64,000 bases of DNA, from contig JAACFI010000005.1 in assembly GCA_009937575.1 (NCBI GenBank), forward strand, positions 140-64,139. Reading direction: 5' to 3'. The notes under the pieces are model-generated. The model was not told where the DNA came from and did no database searches. It was given only the letters and a program-made list of their open reading frames with translations. The stretch is from Haliea sp. Its GTDB lineage: Bacteria; Pseudomonadota; Gammaproteobacteria; Pseudomonadales; Halieaceae. Shown here one piece after another: positions 38,961 to 47,770 of this stretch. A program made the translations under genes and the position numbers. Every line of letters starts with the position of its first letter. Position 1 is the first letter of the stretch.

Positions 38961-40229
38961 ATGAGAAAAGTAATGTCAGTTGCTGTCGCCAGCACCTTGT
39001 TTGGCAGTGTCGGTGCCAGCGCACACGTTCCGGAGGATGAGTGGCGTGAATTCAAAGCGCAGTACGCCGCCCTGGCGGAGCGCATGAATGCACTGGAAGC
39101 AGAAAACCAGAAGCTGCGTGAAATGGGCGCTGGCAAGTTCGTCACTGTGGAAGACCTGAGTGCCACCAATGAGAAAATTGCCACGCTGGAAAAGCAGAAC
39201 AGTGCCACTGGTTGGGCGGAGAGCATCAAGTGGAAGGGGGACTTCCGCTACCGTTATGAGGATATCGAGCAGGACGGCAAGGACGACCGCGACCGCAACC
39301 GGATCCGTGCCAGGGCGGCTCTTGTTGCCAAGCCCTCTGACACTACCGAAGTCGGTCTTGGTCTTGCGTCCGGCGGTGACGATCCGGTGTCCACCAACCA
39401 GACCCTGGGTGGCGGCGGTTCCACCAAGGAAATCCGCCTGGACATGGCCTATTTCAAGTGGACCGGTCTGGAGAATGCCTACCTGCAGGCGGGTAAATAC
39501 AAGAATCCGTTCTACCAGGAACAGAAGAGCAGCCTGATCTGGGATGGCGACTTCCGTCCTGAAGGGGTTGCTATCGGCTGGGCCAACGACATGTTCTTTG
39601 CCAATGCGTCCTACAGCTTTATCGAAGGGGACAGCAAGAACGATGACGACGGTATTTTCGGGGCCCAGGTCGGCGTGAACTTCAAGCTGTTCGATAACCT
39701 GAAGATTACCGCGGCGGCCAAGTACCTGGATATCCCCACCAAGGACCGCGAAGCTGTTTTCGACGACGACTTTTTTGGTAACTCCTCCGTGAACAAGATA
39801 GTAGATGGCGAACTGAAAGAGGTCTACGAGTACGATTACAAACTGTACAACGCATCCCTCGGTGTGAGCTTCGCGCTGTTCGATATGCCGATTACGGTCT
39901 ACGGCGACTACGTGGAGAACGATGATGCCGATGACCTGGAGACCGGTTACCTGGCGGGTGTAAAAATCAGCAAGGCTAAAAAGAAAGGCAGCTGGCAGCT
40001 CCAGTACCAGTATGAGGACCTTGAAGCGGATGCGACATTTGGTCTGGTCACCGATTCAGACTTCATGGGTGGCGGTACCGACGGGGAAGGCCACAAGTTC
40101 TCCGGCAAGTACATGCTCAGCGACAAGTGGTTCCTCGGCGCGACTTACTTCGACGGCAATGCTGGCGTCGATCTGGGTGACGACGCGGATTACCAGCGCC
40201 TGATGCTGGATACAGGATTCAAGTACTAG
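38961..40229 (+). CDS. Outer-membrane porin with N-terminal coiled coil (putative phosphate-starvation porin)
   Basis: Signal peptide MRKVMSVAVASTLFGSVGASA, heptad-like segment (EFKAQYAALAERMNALEAENQKLREM...IATLEKQ), then alternating beta-strand pattern ending in ...LMLDTGFKY (terminal aromatic). AGGGGAA Shine-Dalgarno. Confidence 0.75.
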   Translation: MRKVMSVAVASTLFGSVGASAHVPEDEWREFKAQYAALAERMNALEAENQKLREMGAGKFVTVEDLSATNEKIATLEKQNSATGWAESIKWKGDFRYRYEDIEQDGKDDRDRNRIRARAALVAKPSDTTEVGLGLASGGDDPVSTNQTLGGGGSTKEIRLDMAYFKWTGLENAYLQAGKYKNPFYQEQKSSLIWDGDFRPEGVAIGWANDMFFANASYSFIEGDSKNDDDGIFGAQVGVNFKLFDNLKITAAAKYLDIPTKDREAVFDDDFFGNSSVNKIVDGELKEVYEYDYKLYNASLGVSFALFDMPITVYGDYVENDDADDLETGYLAGVKISKAKKKGSWQLQYQYEDLEADATFGLVTDSDFMGGGTDGEGHKFSGKYMLSDKWFLGATYFDGNAGVDLGDDADYQRLMLDTGFKY

Positions 40230-40256
40230 GATAGTTTTCCAACTCCCCACTACCTT

Positions 40257-40307
40257 GCCGCGCGGTTGCATCGAAGCGAAGCTTCGGTACAATAGCGCGG
40301 CTTTTTT
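40257..40307 (+). terminator. Rho-independent terminator after the porin gene, overlapping a candidate tRNA-Glu promoter
   Basis: GCCGCGC...(inner CGAAGC-GAA-GCTTCG)...GCGCGGC followed by TTTTTT. The same DNA contains TTGCAT (40266-40271), N16, TACAAT (40288-40293). Confidence 0.7.
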
Positions 40308-40329
40308 GTGTTCGATCGAAAAGCAACAC

Positions 40330-40405
40330 GTCCCCTTCGTCTAGTGGCCCAGGACACTGCCCTTTCACGGCGGTAACAGGGGTTCGAACCCCCTAGGGGA
40401 CGCCA
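40330..40405 (+). tRNA. tRNA-Glu (anticodon UUC)
   Basis: GTCCCCTTCGTCTAGTGGCCCAGGACACTGCCCTTTCACGGCGGTAACAGGGGTTCGAACCCCCTAGGGGACGCCA. Cloverleaf with CT-TTC-AC anticodon loop, GGTTCGAA T-loop, encoded CCA. Near-identical to E. coli tRNA-Glu from memory. Confidence 0.95.
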
Positions 40406-40416
40406 ACTTCGACTGA

Positions 40417-40446
40417 GCCCGGGACCTTTCCCGGGCTTTGCGTTTT
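40417..40446 (+). terminator. Rho-independent terminator after tRNA-Glu
   Basis: GCCCGGGA-CCTT-TCCCGGGC followed by TTTGCGTTTT. Confidence 0.75.
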
Positions 40447-40464
40447 GGTCGCGAGAGGCAGGTG

Positions 40465-41523
40465 ATGAGTCGTTACTGGAGTGATCTGGTCAGTCGATTG
40501 ACCCCCTATGTTCCGGGAGAGCAACCCGCGCGCGACGGCCTGGTCAAGCTCAACACCAACGAGAATCCCTATGGACCTTCACCACGGGTGATGGAGGCGA
40601 TTGCCGCTATAACGGCCGACAGCCTGCGCCTGTACCCGGACCCTGAATCCGTGGCCTTGAAGAAGGCATTCGCGGACGAAAACGATCTGGTGCCGGAACA
40701 GGTGTTTATCGGTAATGGCTCCGACGAGGTCCTGGCCCATGCCTTCCAGGGATTGCTTAAGCATGACAAACCCCTGTTGTTCCCGGACATCAGCTACAGC
40801 TTCTACCCGGTGTGGTGCGACCTGTACGGCATAGACTACCTGCAGGTGCCGGTGGCGGAAGACTTCAGCATTGATCCGGACGCTTACAGCGCTGACAACG
40901 GCGGAATCATCATTCCCAATCCCAATGCCCCTACCGGCATGTTGCTGCCGCTGTCCGGCATACGGGAGCTACTTGAGTCGAACCGCGAATCGGTGGTGGT
41001 AATTGACGAGGCCTATATCGATTTTGGGGGCGAGTCGGCCACGACCCTGATCGGTGACCACGACAACCTGCTGGTGGTGCAGACCCTGTCCAAGTCGCGG
41101 GCGCTGGCCGGCCTGCGGGTGGGGGTGGCCATGGGCAGCGCTGTGTTGATAGAGGGGCTGCAGCGGATCAAGAATTCCTTCAACTCCTACCCGCTGGATC
41201 TCCTCGCCCAGCGTGCGGCGCTGGCTTCCCTGGGGGATGAAAACCATTTCCGGAAGAGTTGCCAGCGGGTGATCGCCAGCCGTGAGAGCCTGTGCGTGCA
41301 GTTACATGGCCTGGGCTTTGATATCCTGCCTTCAAAAGCGAACTTCATCTTCGCCAGTCATACCACCCGCCCGGCGAAAGAACTGTTCACCGTACTGCGG
41401 GAGCGGGGGATCATCGTGCGCTATTTCGACAAACCGCGTATCAGCGATTACCTGCGGATAACGATTGGCACCGACGCGGAATGCGACGCGCTGGTGCAGG
41501 CCCTGACGGAGATCCTGGCCTAG
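40465..41523 (+). CDS. hisC: Histidinol-phosphate aminotransferase
   Basis: KLNTNENPYGPSP, PLP-Lys context QTLSKSRALAGLRVG. Start at ATG 40465 (GAGAGG upstream); the ORF-track start 40438 lies inside the tRNA terminator. Confidence 0.88.
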   Translation: MSRYWSDLVSRLTPYVPGEQPARDGLVKLNTNENPYGPSPRVMEAIAAITADSLRLYPDPESVALKKAFADENDLVPEQVFIGNGSDEVLAHAFQGLLKHDKPLLFPDISYSFYPVWCDLYGIDYLQVPVAEDFSIDPDAYSADNGGIIIPNPNAPTGMLLPLSGIRELLESNRESVVVIDEAYIDFGGESATTLIGDHDNLLVVQTLSKSRALAGLRVGVAMGSAVLIEGLQRIKNSFNSYPLDLLAQRAALASLGDENHFRKSCQRVIASRESLCVQLHGLGFDILPSKANFIFASHTTRPAKELFTVLRERGIIVRYFDKPRISDYLRITIGTDAECDALVQALTEILA

Positions 41524-42656
41524 CGCTTCTGCAGCACCACGCTGCCGATACTGTAACCGGCCCCGAAGGAACAGAGCACCCCGAGGTCGCCCGGTTCGAA
41601 ATCCTGCCGGTACTTGTGGAAGGCGATCACCGAACCCGCTGAGCTGGTATTGGCGTACTCGTCCAGGATGGTGGGGGCCTCTTCCGGCAGGGCTTCCCGG
41701 CCCAGTACCCTTCTGGAGATCAGCTGGTTCATACTCAGGTTGGCCTGGTGCAGCCACATGCGCTTGAGGCGTTCTGGGGCAATGTCCAGTTTCTCAAGCT
41801 GGGCGGAAATCTGTGACGCCACGGCCGGGCAGACTTCCTTGAATACCTTGCGGCCCTCCTGCACGAACAGCTTGTCCGGCTGGCTGATGCCGGTTTCATC
41901 GCAGCGGTTGAGGAAGCCGAAGTTATTGCGGATGTTGTTGGAGTAGATGGTCTGCAGTTTGCTGTCCAGGATCAGGTACTGCTCATCGCCGGTGGCCGTG
42001 TCAGCCCGCTCCACGATCACCGCGGTGCACACGTCACCGAAAATGAAATGGGAGTCCCGGTCGCGAAAATTCAGGTGGCCGGTGCAGATCTCGGGATTGA
42101 CCATCAGTACGCAACGGGCGCTGCCGGTGAGCACCGCGTCCCGGGCCTGCTGGATGCCGAAGGTGGCGGAGGAGCAGGCCACGTTCATATCAAAGGCAAA
42201 GCCCTCGATGCCCAGGGCGTCCTGTATTTCAACTGCCATGGCGGGGTAGGGGCGCTGCATGTTGGAGGCGGCGACGATCACTGCATCGATGTCCGTCGCG
42301 CTCTTGCCGGCCTGTGCCATAGCCTCCTGCGCCGCGGCCACTGCCATCTCGCACATCACCGACTGCTCCTCGTTGGGCCGTTCGGCGATATGCGGCACCA
42401 TCCGCTCCGGGTCCAGGATGCCCGCCTTGTCCATTACGTACCGGGACTTGATGCCGGAGGCTTTCTCGATAAATTCCACGGAGGAGGGCTGAAGGGGTGC
42501 CATGTCGCCAGCGGCGATGTCAGTGGCGTGCTCGGCGTTGTGTAATTCCACGTAGGCATTGAATGCGGCTACCAGCTCTTCGTTGCTGACAGACTCGCTG
42601 GGCGTGTAGAGACCGGTTCCGCTGATTACGATGTCTTGCATGGGGGCTGGTTCCAT
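41520..42656 (-). CDS. Beta-ketoacyl-ACP synthase III family protein (long FabH-like KAS III)
   Basis: Catalytic Cys NVACSSATFG, His WLHQAN, Asn YANTSSAGS. About 375 aa. Start is ATG 42656 or 42641. Confidence 0.8.
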   Translation of the reverse strand: MEPAPMQDIVISGTGLYTPSESVSNEELVAAFNAYVELHNAEHATDIAAGDMAPLQPSSVEFIEKASGIKSRYVMDKAGILDPERMVPHIAERPNEEQSVMCEMAVAAAQEAMAQAGKSATDIDAVIVAASNMQRPYPAMAVEIQDALGIEGFAFDMNVACSSATFGIQQARDAVLTGSARCVLMVNPEICTGHLNFRDRDSHFIFGDVCTAVIVERADTATGDEQYLILDSKLQTIYSNNIRNNFGFLNRCDETGISQPDKLFVQEGRKVFKEVCPAVASQISAQLEKLDIAPERLKRMWLHQANLSMNQLISRRVLGREALPEEAPTILDEYANTSSAGSVIAFHKYRQDFEPGDLGVLCSFGAGYSIGSVVLQKR

Positions 42657-42678
42657 TCGGCGTTATTATCGCTTGAGT

Positions 42679-42702
42679 AAAAAAGGCCGCATCGCGGCCT
42701 TT
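42679..42702 (-). terminator. Rho-independent terminator after gltA
   Basis: Minus strand: AAAGGCCGC-GAT-GCGGCCTTT running into TTTTTTAC, about 20 nt after the gltA stop. Confidence 0.75.
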
Positions 42703-42722
42703 CCAATCATGCCCGCAGTTTC

Positions 42723-44012
42723 TCAGCGCTGCTCCACCGGCACGTAGTCCCGCTGTTCGTGCCCGGTGTACAACTGGCGCGGGCGACCGATCCGATAGCT
42801 GCCGGAAATCATTTCGTTCCAGTGTGCGATCCAGCCCACGGTGCGGCCCACCGCAAATATCACGGTGAACATGCTGGTGGGGATGCCGATGGCCTTGAGG
42901 ATGATGCCGCTGTAGAAGTCCACGTTGGGGTACAGCTTCTTCTCGATGAAGTAGTCGTCATGCAGGGCGATTTCCTCCAGCCGCTTGGCGATGTCCAGCA
43001 ACGGGTCGTTCTCGATACCCAGCTCCGCCAGCACCTCGTCCGCTGCCTGCTTCATTACCTTTGCCCTTGGGTCGAAGTTCTTGTACACCCGGTGGCCGAA
43101 GCCCATCAGGCGGAAGGGGTCGTCCTTGTCCTTGGCCCGGGCCACGAAATCGTCGATGTGCTCCACGTCGCCGATCTCTTCCAGCATCTCCAGCACCGCC
43201 TCGTTGGCGCCACCGTGGGAGGGGCCCCACAGGGCGGCGATACCTGCGGCGATACAGGCGAACGGGTTGGCGCCGGAGGAGCCCGCCAGGCGCACGGTGG
43301 AGGTGGAAGCATTCTGTTCGTGGTCCGCGTGCAACAGGAAGATGCGGTCCATGGCCCTGGCCAGTACCGGGCTGATATTGCTCGGCTCGCAGGGGTTGCC
43401 GAACATCATGTGCAGGAAGTTCTCCGAGTAGTTGAGGTTGTTGTCCGGGTACATGAAGGGCTGGCCGATGGAGAACTTGTAGCTCATGGCGGCGAGGGTG
43501 GGCATTTTCGCTATCAGGCGGAAGGCGGCGATCTGCCGGTGGCGCTCGTCGGCGATGTCCACGGAATCATGGTAGAACGCGGACAGGGCGCCCACCACCC
43601 CACACATGATGGCCATGGGATGGGCGTCACGGCGGAAACCATTGAAGAAAGTGCGGATCTGCTCGTGCACCATGGTGTGATTGTGAACGGTGTTGACGAA
43701 CTCTTCCTTCTGCTCCTTGTCGGGCAGTTCCCCATACAACAGCAGATAGCAGGTTTCCAGGTAGTCGGATTGTTCTGCCAGCTGGTCGATCGGGTAGCCC
43801 CGGTGCAGCAGCACCCCCTTGCCGCCATCGATATAGGTGATCTGGGATTCGCAGGATGCCGTAGAGACAAAACCCGGGTCATAAGTGAACATGCCCTTGC
43901 CGGTGAGTCCGCCGACATCGATGACGTCCGGGCCGATGGTGCCCGAGTAGATCGGCAGTTCGACGGCCTCGTCCATTCCTTCGATATTGAGGGTGGCTTT
44001 TTTATCGCTCAT
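42723..44012 (-). CDS. gltA: Citrate synthase (type II)
   Basis: [12 protein letters not shown]..., [23 protein letters not shown]. Start at ATG 44012. Confidence 0.95.
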   Translation of the reverse strand: MSDKKATLNIEGMDEAVELPIYSGTIGPDVIDVGGLTGKGMFTYDPGFVSTASCESQITYIDGGKGVLLHRGYPIDQLAEQSDYLETCYLLLYGELPDKEQKEEFVNTVHNHTMVHEQIRTFFNGFRRDAHPMAIMCGVVGALSAFYHDSVDIADERHRQIAAFRLIAKMPTLAAMSYKFSIGQPFMYPDNNLNYSENFLHMMFGNPCEPSNISPVLARAMDRIFLLHADHEQNASTSTVRLAGSSGANPFACIAAGIAALWGPSHGGANEAVLEMLEEIGDVEHIDDFVARAKDKDDPFRLMGFGHRVYKNFDPRAKVMKQAADEVLAELGIENDPLLDIAKRLEEIALHDDYFIEKKLYPNVDFYSGIILKAIGIPTSMFTVIFAVGRTVGWIAHWNEMISGSYRIGRPRQLYTGHEQRDYVPVEQR

Positions 44013-44049
44013 AGAGGGTCCTGCGTCGTGAATCATTGGGGCCGACCAC

Positions 44050-44077
44050 TATATAGAGTGTCGTGAATTTTTGTCAA
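44050..44077 (-). promoter_or_regulatory. Candidate sigma70 promoter of gltA
   Basis: Minus strand has a perfect -35 TTGACA, a 16-nt spacer, then TATATA, about 40 nt upstream of the gltA ATG. Confidence 0.55.
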
Positions 44078-44200
44078 TTGATCTGGCTCTATTTGTGGCT
44101 ATATGCGGGGGTTCTGCATAGAAAATCGCCAATCACGTTTCCGGAAGATCGCGGCAAGTCGTTGCAGATAAGACTTTGGTCGTAAGGGCCGGTAACAGGT

Positions 44201-44229
44201 TTGTAATTAAGGCCGTAAGTGCCTATAAT
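44201..44229 (+). promoter_or_regulatory. Candidate sigma70 promoter of sdhCDAB
   Basis: TTGTAA, a 17-nt spacer, then a perfect TATAAT (44224-44229), about 90 nt upstream of the sdhC ATG. Confidence 0.6.
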
Positions 44230-44320
44230 TTCGCGCGTTTTGATTGGTCGTCCCGCTTGGGTGCGGCTGCAATCTCTGGCCCCGCGCCAACCCGATAAAC
44301 CGCCTCCGGGCGTCGAAACG

Positions 44321-44707
44321 ATGGTATCCATAGTGAAAGACAAGCGTCCTGTAAACCTGGACATAGGTACCATGCGGCTTCCCATAACCGCGTGGGCGTC
44401 CATTACCCATCGCGCCTCTGGCGTATTCCTTTTTGTCGGCACAGCCATTCTCATGTGGATGCTCGACGCCAGCCTGAAAAGTCCCGAGAGCTTTGCCGCC
44501 CTGCAGGAGTGCCTGTCGGGGCCAGTGGCCAAGCTGGTGATCTGGGCGGTGGTTTCCGGCCTCATTTATCACTCACTGGCGGGCATAAAACACCTGATCA
44601 TGGATTTCGGTATCGGTGAAACCATGGAGGGCGGTGTCATGGGTGCGCGCATCGTGTTTGCACTCTCTGTCGTACTCATCCTGATTGCGGGGGCCTGGAT
44701 ATGGTAA
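44321..44707 (+). CDS. sdhC: Succinate dehydrogenase cytochrome b556 subunit
   Basis: MVSIVKDKRPVNLDIGTMRLPITAWASITHRASG parallels E. coli MIRNVKKQRPVNLDLQTIRFPITAIASILHRVSG (from memory). Confidence 0.9.
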   Translation: MVSIVKDKRPVNLDIGTMRLPITAWASITHRASGVFLFVGTAILMWMLDASLKSPESFAALQECLSGPVAKLVIWAVVSGLIYHSLAGIKHLIMDFGIGETMEGGVMGARIVFALSVVLILIAGAWIW

Positions 44708-45060
44708 GGTCAGTAACGAGTTTCGGCCGTTCCGGCCTGTCCGATTGGCTGGTACAGCGTGTCAGCGCGGTCATTATTCTCGCCTGGTTCATGTGTATCG
44801 GTGGCACCCTGATGGGCGGTGTTGATTACACCCAGTGGAAAACCATCTTCGATGGCACCAGTATGCGGGTCTTCACCCTGCTGGCGATCCTCTCCCTGGC
44901 GGCCCATGCCTGGATCGGTATGTGGGCGGTCGGCACCGACTACCTGACCGAGCGCCTGATGGGGCCCAGGGGCAATGTCCTGCGACTGGCCTACCAGATC
45001 GGCTGCAGCCTGGTGATTTTTGTTTACGTGATCTGGGGCATCCAGATCCTCTGGGGTTAG
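44701..45060 (+). CDS. sdhD: Succinate dehydrogenase hydrophobic membrane anchor
   Basis: 119-aa three-TM protein. Overlaps sdhC by 7 nt. Operon position. Confidence 0.88.
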   Translation: MVRSVTSFGRSGLSDWLVQRVSAVIILAWFMCIGGTLMGGVDYTQWKTIFDGTSMRVFTLLAILSLAAHAWIGMWAVGTDYLTERLMGPRGNVLRLAYQIGCSLVIFVYVIWGIQILWG

Positions 45061-45066
45061 AACACT

Positions 45067-46839
45067 ATGTCGGCAATTCGTACTATTTCATTTGATGGTG
45101 TCATCGTCGGCGGTGGTGGCGCGGGAATGCGCGCGTCGCTGCAACTGGCCCAGTCCGGTTACAAGACCGCAGTTATCTCCAAGGTCTTCCCCACACGTTC
45201 TCACACGGTTTCCGCACAGGGCGGTATCACCTGTGCTATTGCCAGCGACGACCCCAATGACGACTGGCGCTGGCACATGTACGACACGGTCAAGGGGTCT
45301 GACTACATCGGCGACCAGGATGCTATCGAGTACATGTGCAGTGTAGGGCCCGAGGCAGTGTTCGAGCTGGAGCACATGGGCCTGCCTTTCTCCCGCACGG
45401 AAGAGGGGCGCATATACCAGCGCCCCTTTGGTGGCCAGTCCAAGAATTTCGGCGAGGGCGGCCAGGCGGCCCGCACCTGTGCTGCAGCGGACCGCACCGG
45501 CCACGCGCTGTTGCACACCCTGTACCAGGGCAATATGAAGAACAACACCGTGTTCTTCAACGAGTGGTATGCCACTGATATCGTCAAGAACCAGGACGGC
45601 GCGGTGGTCGGTGTGATCGCCATCTGCATGGAAACCGGCGAAACGGTTTACGTGAAATCCAGGGCCACCGTGTTCGCCACCGGCGGCGCCGGGCGGATTT
45701 ACGCCTCTACTACCAACGCCCACATCAACACCGGAGACGGTATTGGTATGGCCCTGCGCGCGGGCTTCCCGATGCAGGATATGGAGATGTGGCAGTTCCA
45801 CCCCACCGGGATCGCCGGTGCGGGTGTACTGGTTACCGAGGGTTGCCGCGGTGAGGGCGGTTACCTGATCAACAAGGACGGCGAGCGCTTCATGGAGCGC
45901 TATGCGCCCAACGCCAAGGACCTGGCGGGTCGCGACGTGGTGGCGCGCTCCATGGTACTGGAGATTCTCGACGGCAAAGGCTGTGGCCCGGAAGGCGACC
46001 ATGTATTCCTGAAGCTCGATCACCTGGGCGAGGAAGTACTGGAGAGCCGATTGCCGGGTATCTGTGAACTGTCGCGCACCTTTGCCCATGCCGACCCGGT
46101 GAAGGAGCCGATCCCGGTGGTGCCGACCTGTCACTACATGATGGGTGGCATTCCCACCAATGTGCATGGCCAGGCACTGACCATCGACGAACAGGGCAAT
46201 GACCAGGTAATTCCCGGGCTCTATGCCTGCGGCGAGGCGGCCTGTGTCTCTGTCCACGGCGCCAATCGCCTCGGCGGAAACTCGCTGCTTGATCTGGTGG
46301 TGTTCGGCAGGGCCTCGGGCATCCATATCGAGAGCGCCTTGCGCGAGGGCATCGAAATGCGCGATGCCTCCGACAGCGATGTGGAACAGGCCATGTCACG
46401 CCTTGACAAGCTCAACAATTCCACCGGGGGTGAGAAGGTTGCCGATCTACGCAAGGAATTGCAGAACACCATGCAGAACCATTTCGGCGTATTCCGCAAC
46501 GGCGAGTTCATGCAGGAGGGTATCGAGAAGCTGGCAGACCTGCGCGGGCGTATCGAAAACGCCGCTCTGGAAGACAAGAGCATGGCCTATAACACCGCCC
46601 GCATCGAGGCGCTGGAACTGCACAACCTGTTCGAAGTGGCGGAAGCCACAGCGATCGTGGCGGAAGGGCGCAACGAGAGCCGCGGTGCCCATGCACGCGA
46701 AGACTTCCAGGAGCGCGATGACGAGAACTGGCTGTGCCATTCCATGTACTATCCCGTCGACAAAAGGGTGGGCAAGCGCGGCGTCAATTTCGAACCGAAG
46801 ACGGTTGACACGTTCCAACCGAAAGTGCGGACTTATTAA
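45067..46839 (+). CDS. sdhA: Succinate dehydrogenase flavoprotein subunit
   Basis: FAD motif [12 protein letters not shown], covalent-FAD His context [14 protein letters not shown], 590 aa. Confidence 0.96.
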   Translation: MSAIRTISFDGVIVGGGGAGMRASLQLAQSGYKTAVISKVFPTRSHTVSAQGGITCAIASDDPNDDWRWHMYDTVKGSDYIGDQDAIEYMCSVGPEAVFELEHMGLPFSRTEEGRIYQRPFGGQSKNFGEGGQAARTCAAADRTGHALLHTLYQGNMKNNTVFFNEWYATDIVKNQDGAVVGVIAICMETGETVYVKSRATVFATGGAGRIYASTTNAHINTGDGIGMALRAGFPMQDMEMWQFHPTGIAGAGVLVTEGCRGEGGYLINKDGERFMERYAPNAKDLAGRDVVARSMVLEILDGKGCGPEGDHVFLKLDHLGEEVLESRLPGICELSRTFAHADPVKEPIPVVPTCHYMMGGIPTNVHGQALTIDEQGNDQVIPGLYACGEAACVSVHGANRLGGNSLLDLVVFGRASGIHIESALREGIEMRDASDSDVEQAMSRLDKLNNSTGGEKVADLRKELQNTMQNHFGVFRNGEFMQEGIEKLADLRGRIENAALEDKSMAYNTARIEALELHNLFEVAEATAIVAEGRNESRGAHAREDFQERDDENWLCHSMYYPVDKRVGKRGVNFEPKTVDTFQPKVRTY

Positions 46840-46851
46840 GAGGCATTGACT

Positions 46852-47556
46852 ATGTTGCAGGTAAGTATCTACCGCTATAACCCGGAAACCGACGCCGAAC
46901 CCTATATGCAGGACGTCCAGGTGGATACCGGGGGCAAGGATCTGATGGTGCTGGACGTGCTGGAGATGATCAAATCCCAGGACACCACAGTGGGCTACCG
47001 CCGTTCCTGCCGCGAGGGCGTCTGTGGTTCAGACGGTATTAACATGAACGGCGTCAATGGGCTGGCCTGTATTACGCCCTTGTCAGAGACCGTGAAGAAC
47101 AACAAGCTGGTACTGCGCCCGTTGCCGGGCCTGCCGGTGGTGCGCGACCTGGTGGTGGACATGAGCATGTTTTATGCCCAGTATGAGAAAGTGCAGCCCT
47201 ACCTGCAGAACGACACCCCGGCGCCCGCGATCGAACGCCTGCAGTCGCCCGAGGACAGGGAGAAGCTGGACGGGCTGTACGAGTGTATCCTGTGCGCCTG
47301 CTGCTCCGCCGCCTGTCCCTCCTTCTGGTGGAACCCGGACCGCTTTATCGGACCATCGGGTTTGCTGCAGGCTTACCGTTTCCTGGCGGACACCCGGGAC
47401 ACGGCGACCGATGAGCGCCTGGCACAACTGGATGACCCCTTCAGCGTGTTCCGCTGCCATGGCATCCAGAACTGCGTGAACGTCTGTCCCAAGGGCCTCA
47501 ACCCCACCCGGGCTATTGGGCATATTAGAAACATGCTGTTATCACGTGCCACCTGA
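46852..47556 (+). CDS. sdhB: Succinate dehydrogenase iron-sulfur subunit
   Basis: MLQVSIYRYNPETD. Cys clusters CREGVCGSDG, CILCACCSAACPS, CHGIQNCVNVCPKG. ATG 46852 preferred over TTG 46846 (AAGAGG about 8 nt upstream). Confidence 0.95.
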   Translation: MLQVSIYRYNPETDAEPYMQDVQVDTGGKDLMVLDVLEMIKSQDTTVGYRRSCREGVCGSDGINMNGVNGLACITPLSETVKNNKLVLRPLPGLPVVRDLVVDMSMFYAQYEKVQPYLQNDTPAPAIERLQSPEDREKLDGLYECILCACCSAACPSFWWNPDRFIGPSGLLQAYRFLADTRDTATDERLAQLDDPFSVFRCHGIQNCVNVCPKGLNPTRAIGHIRNMLLSRAT

Positions 47557-47770
47557 GTTTAAGTTTAGCGCTTAATGTATTGAAATATATGAAGTAATGG
47601 ATTGTTATCGCTGCCGTATCCTGGCCCCGGTATCATCCCCGCGGTTGCGACCAGGATCCTCTCGGCAAGCCTGGCGCAGCACTGCTAAACTCTGGCATGG
47701 GCCGAGGTGTAATACACCGCTGTAATTCGCCGCCGTTCGGCGGCTGGGCACTACCCCTGGAAGGGTCGCG

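Noticed and set aside
40230-40464. tRNA-Glu flanks as a genomic-island integration site explaining the AT-rich islet and porin.
   Set aside because: There is no integrase or recombinase gene, and I could see no direct repeat of the tRNA 3' end. The tRNA lies downstream of the islet and porin, not adjacent to the AT-rich DNA.
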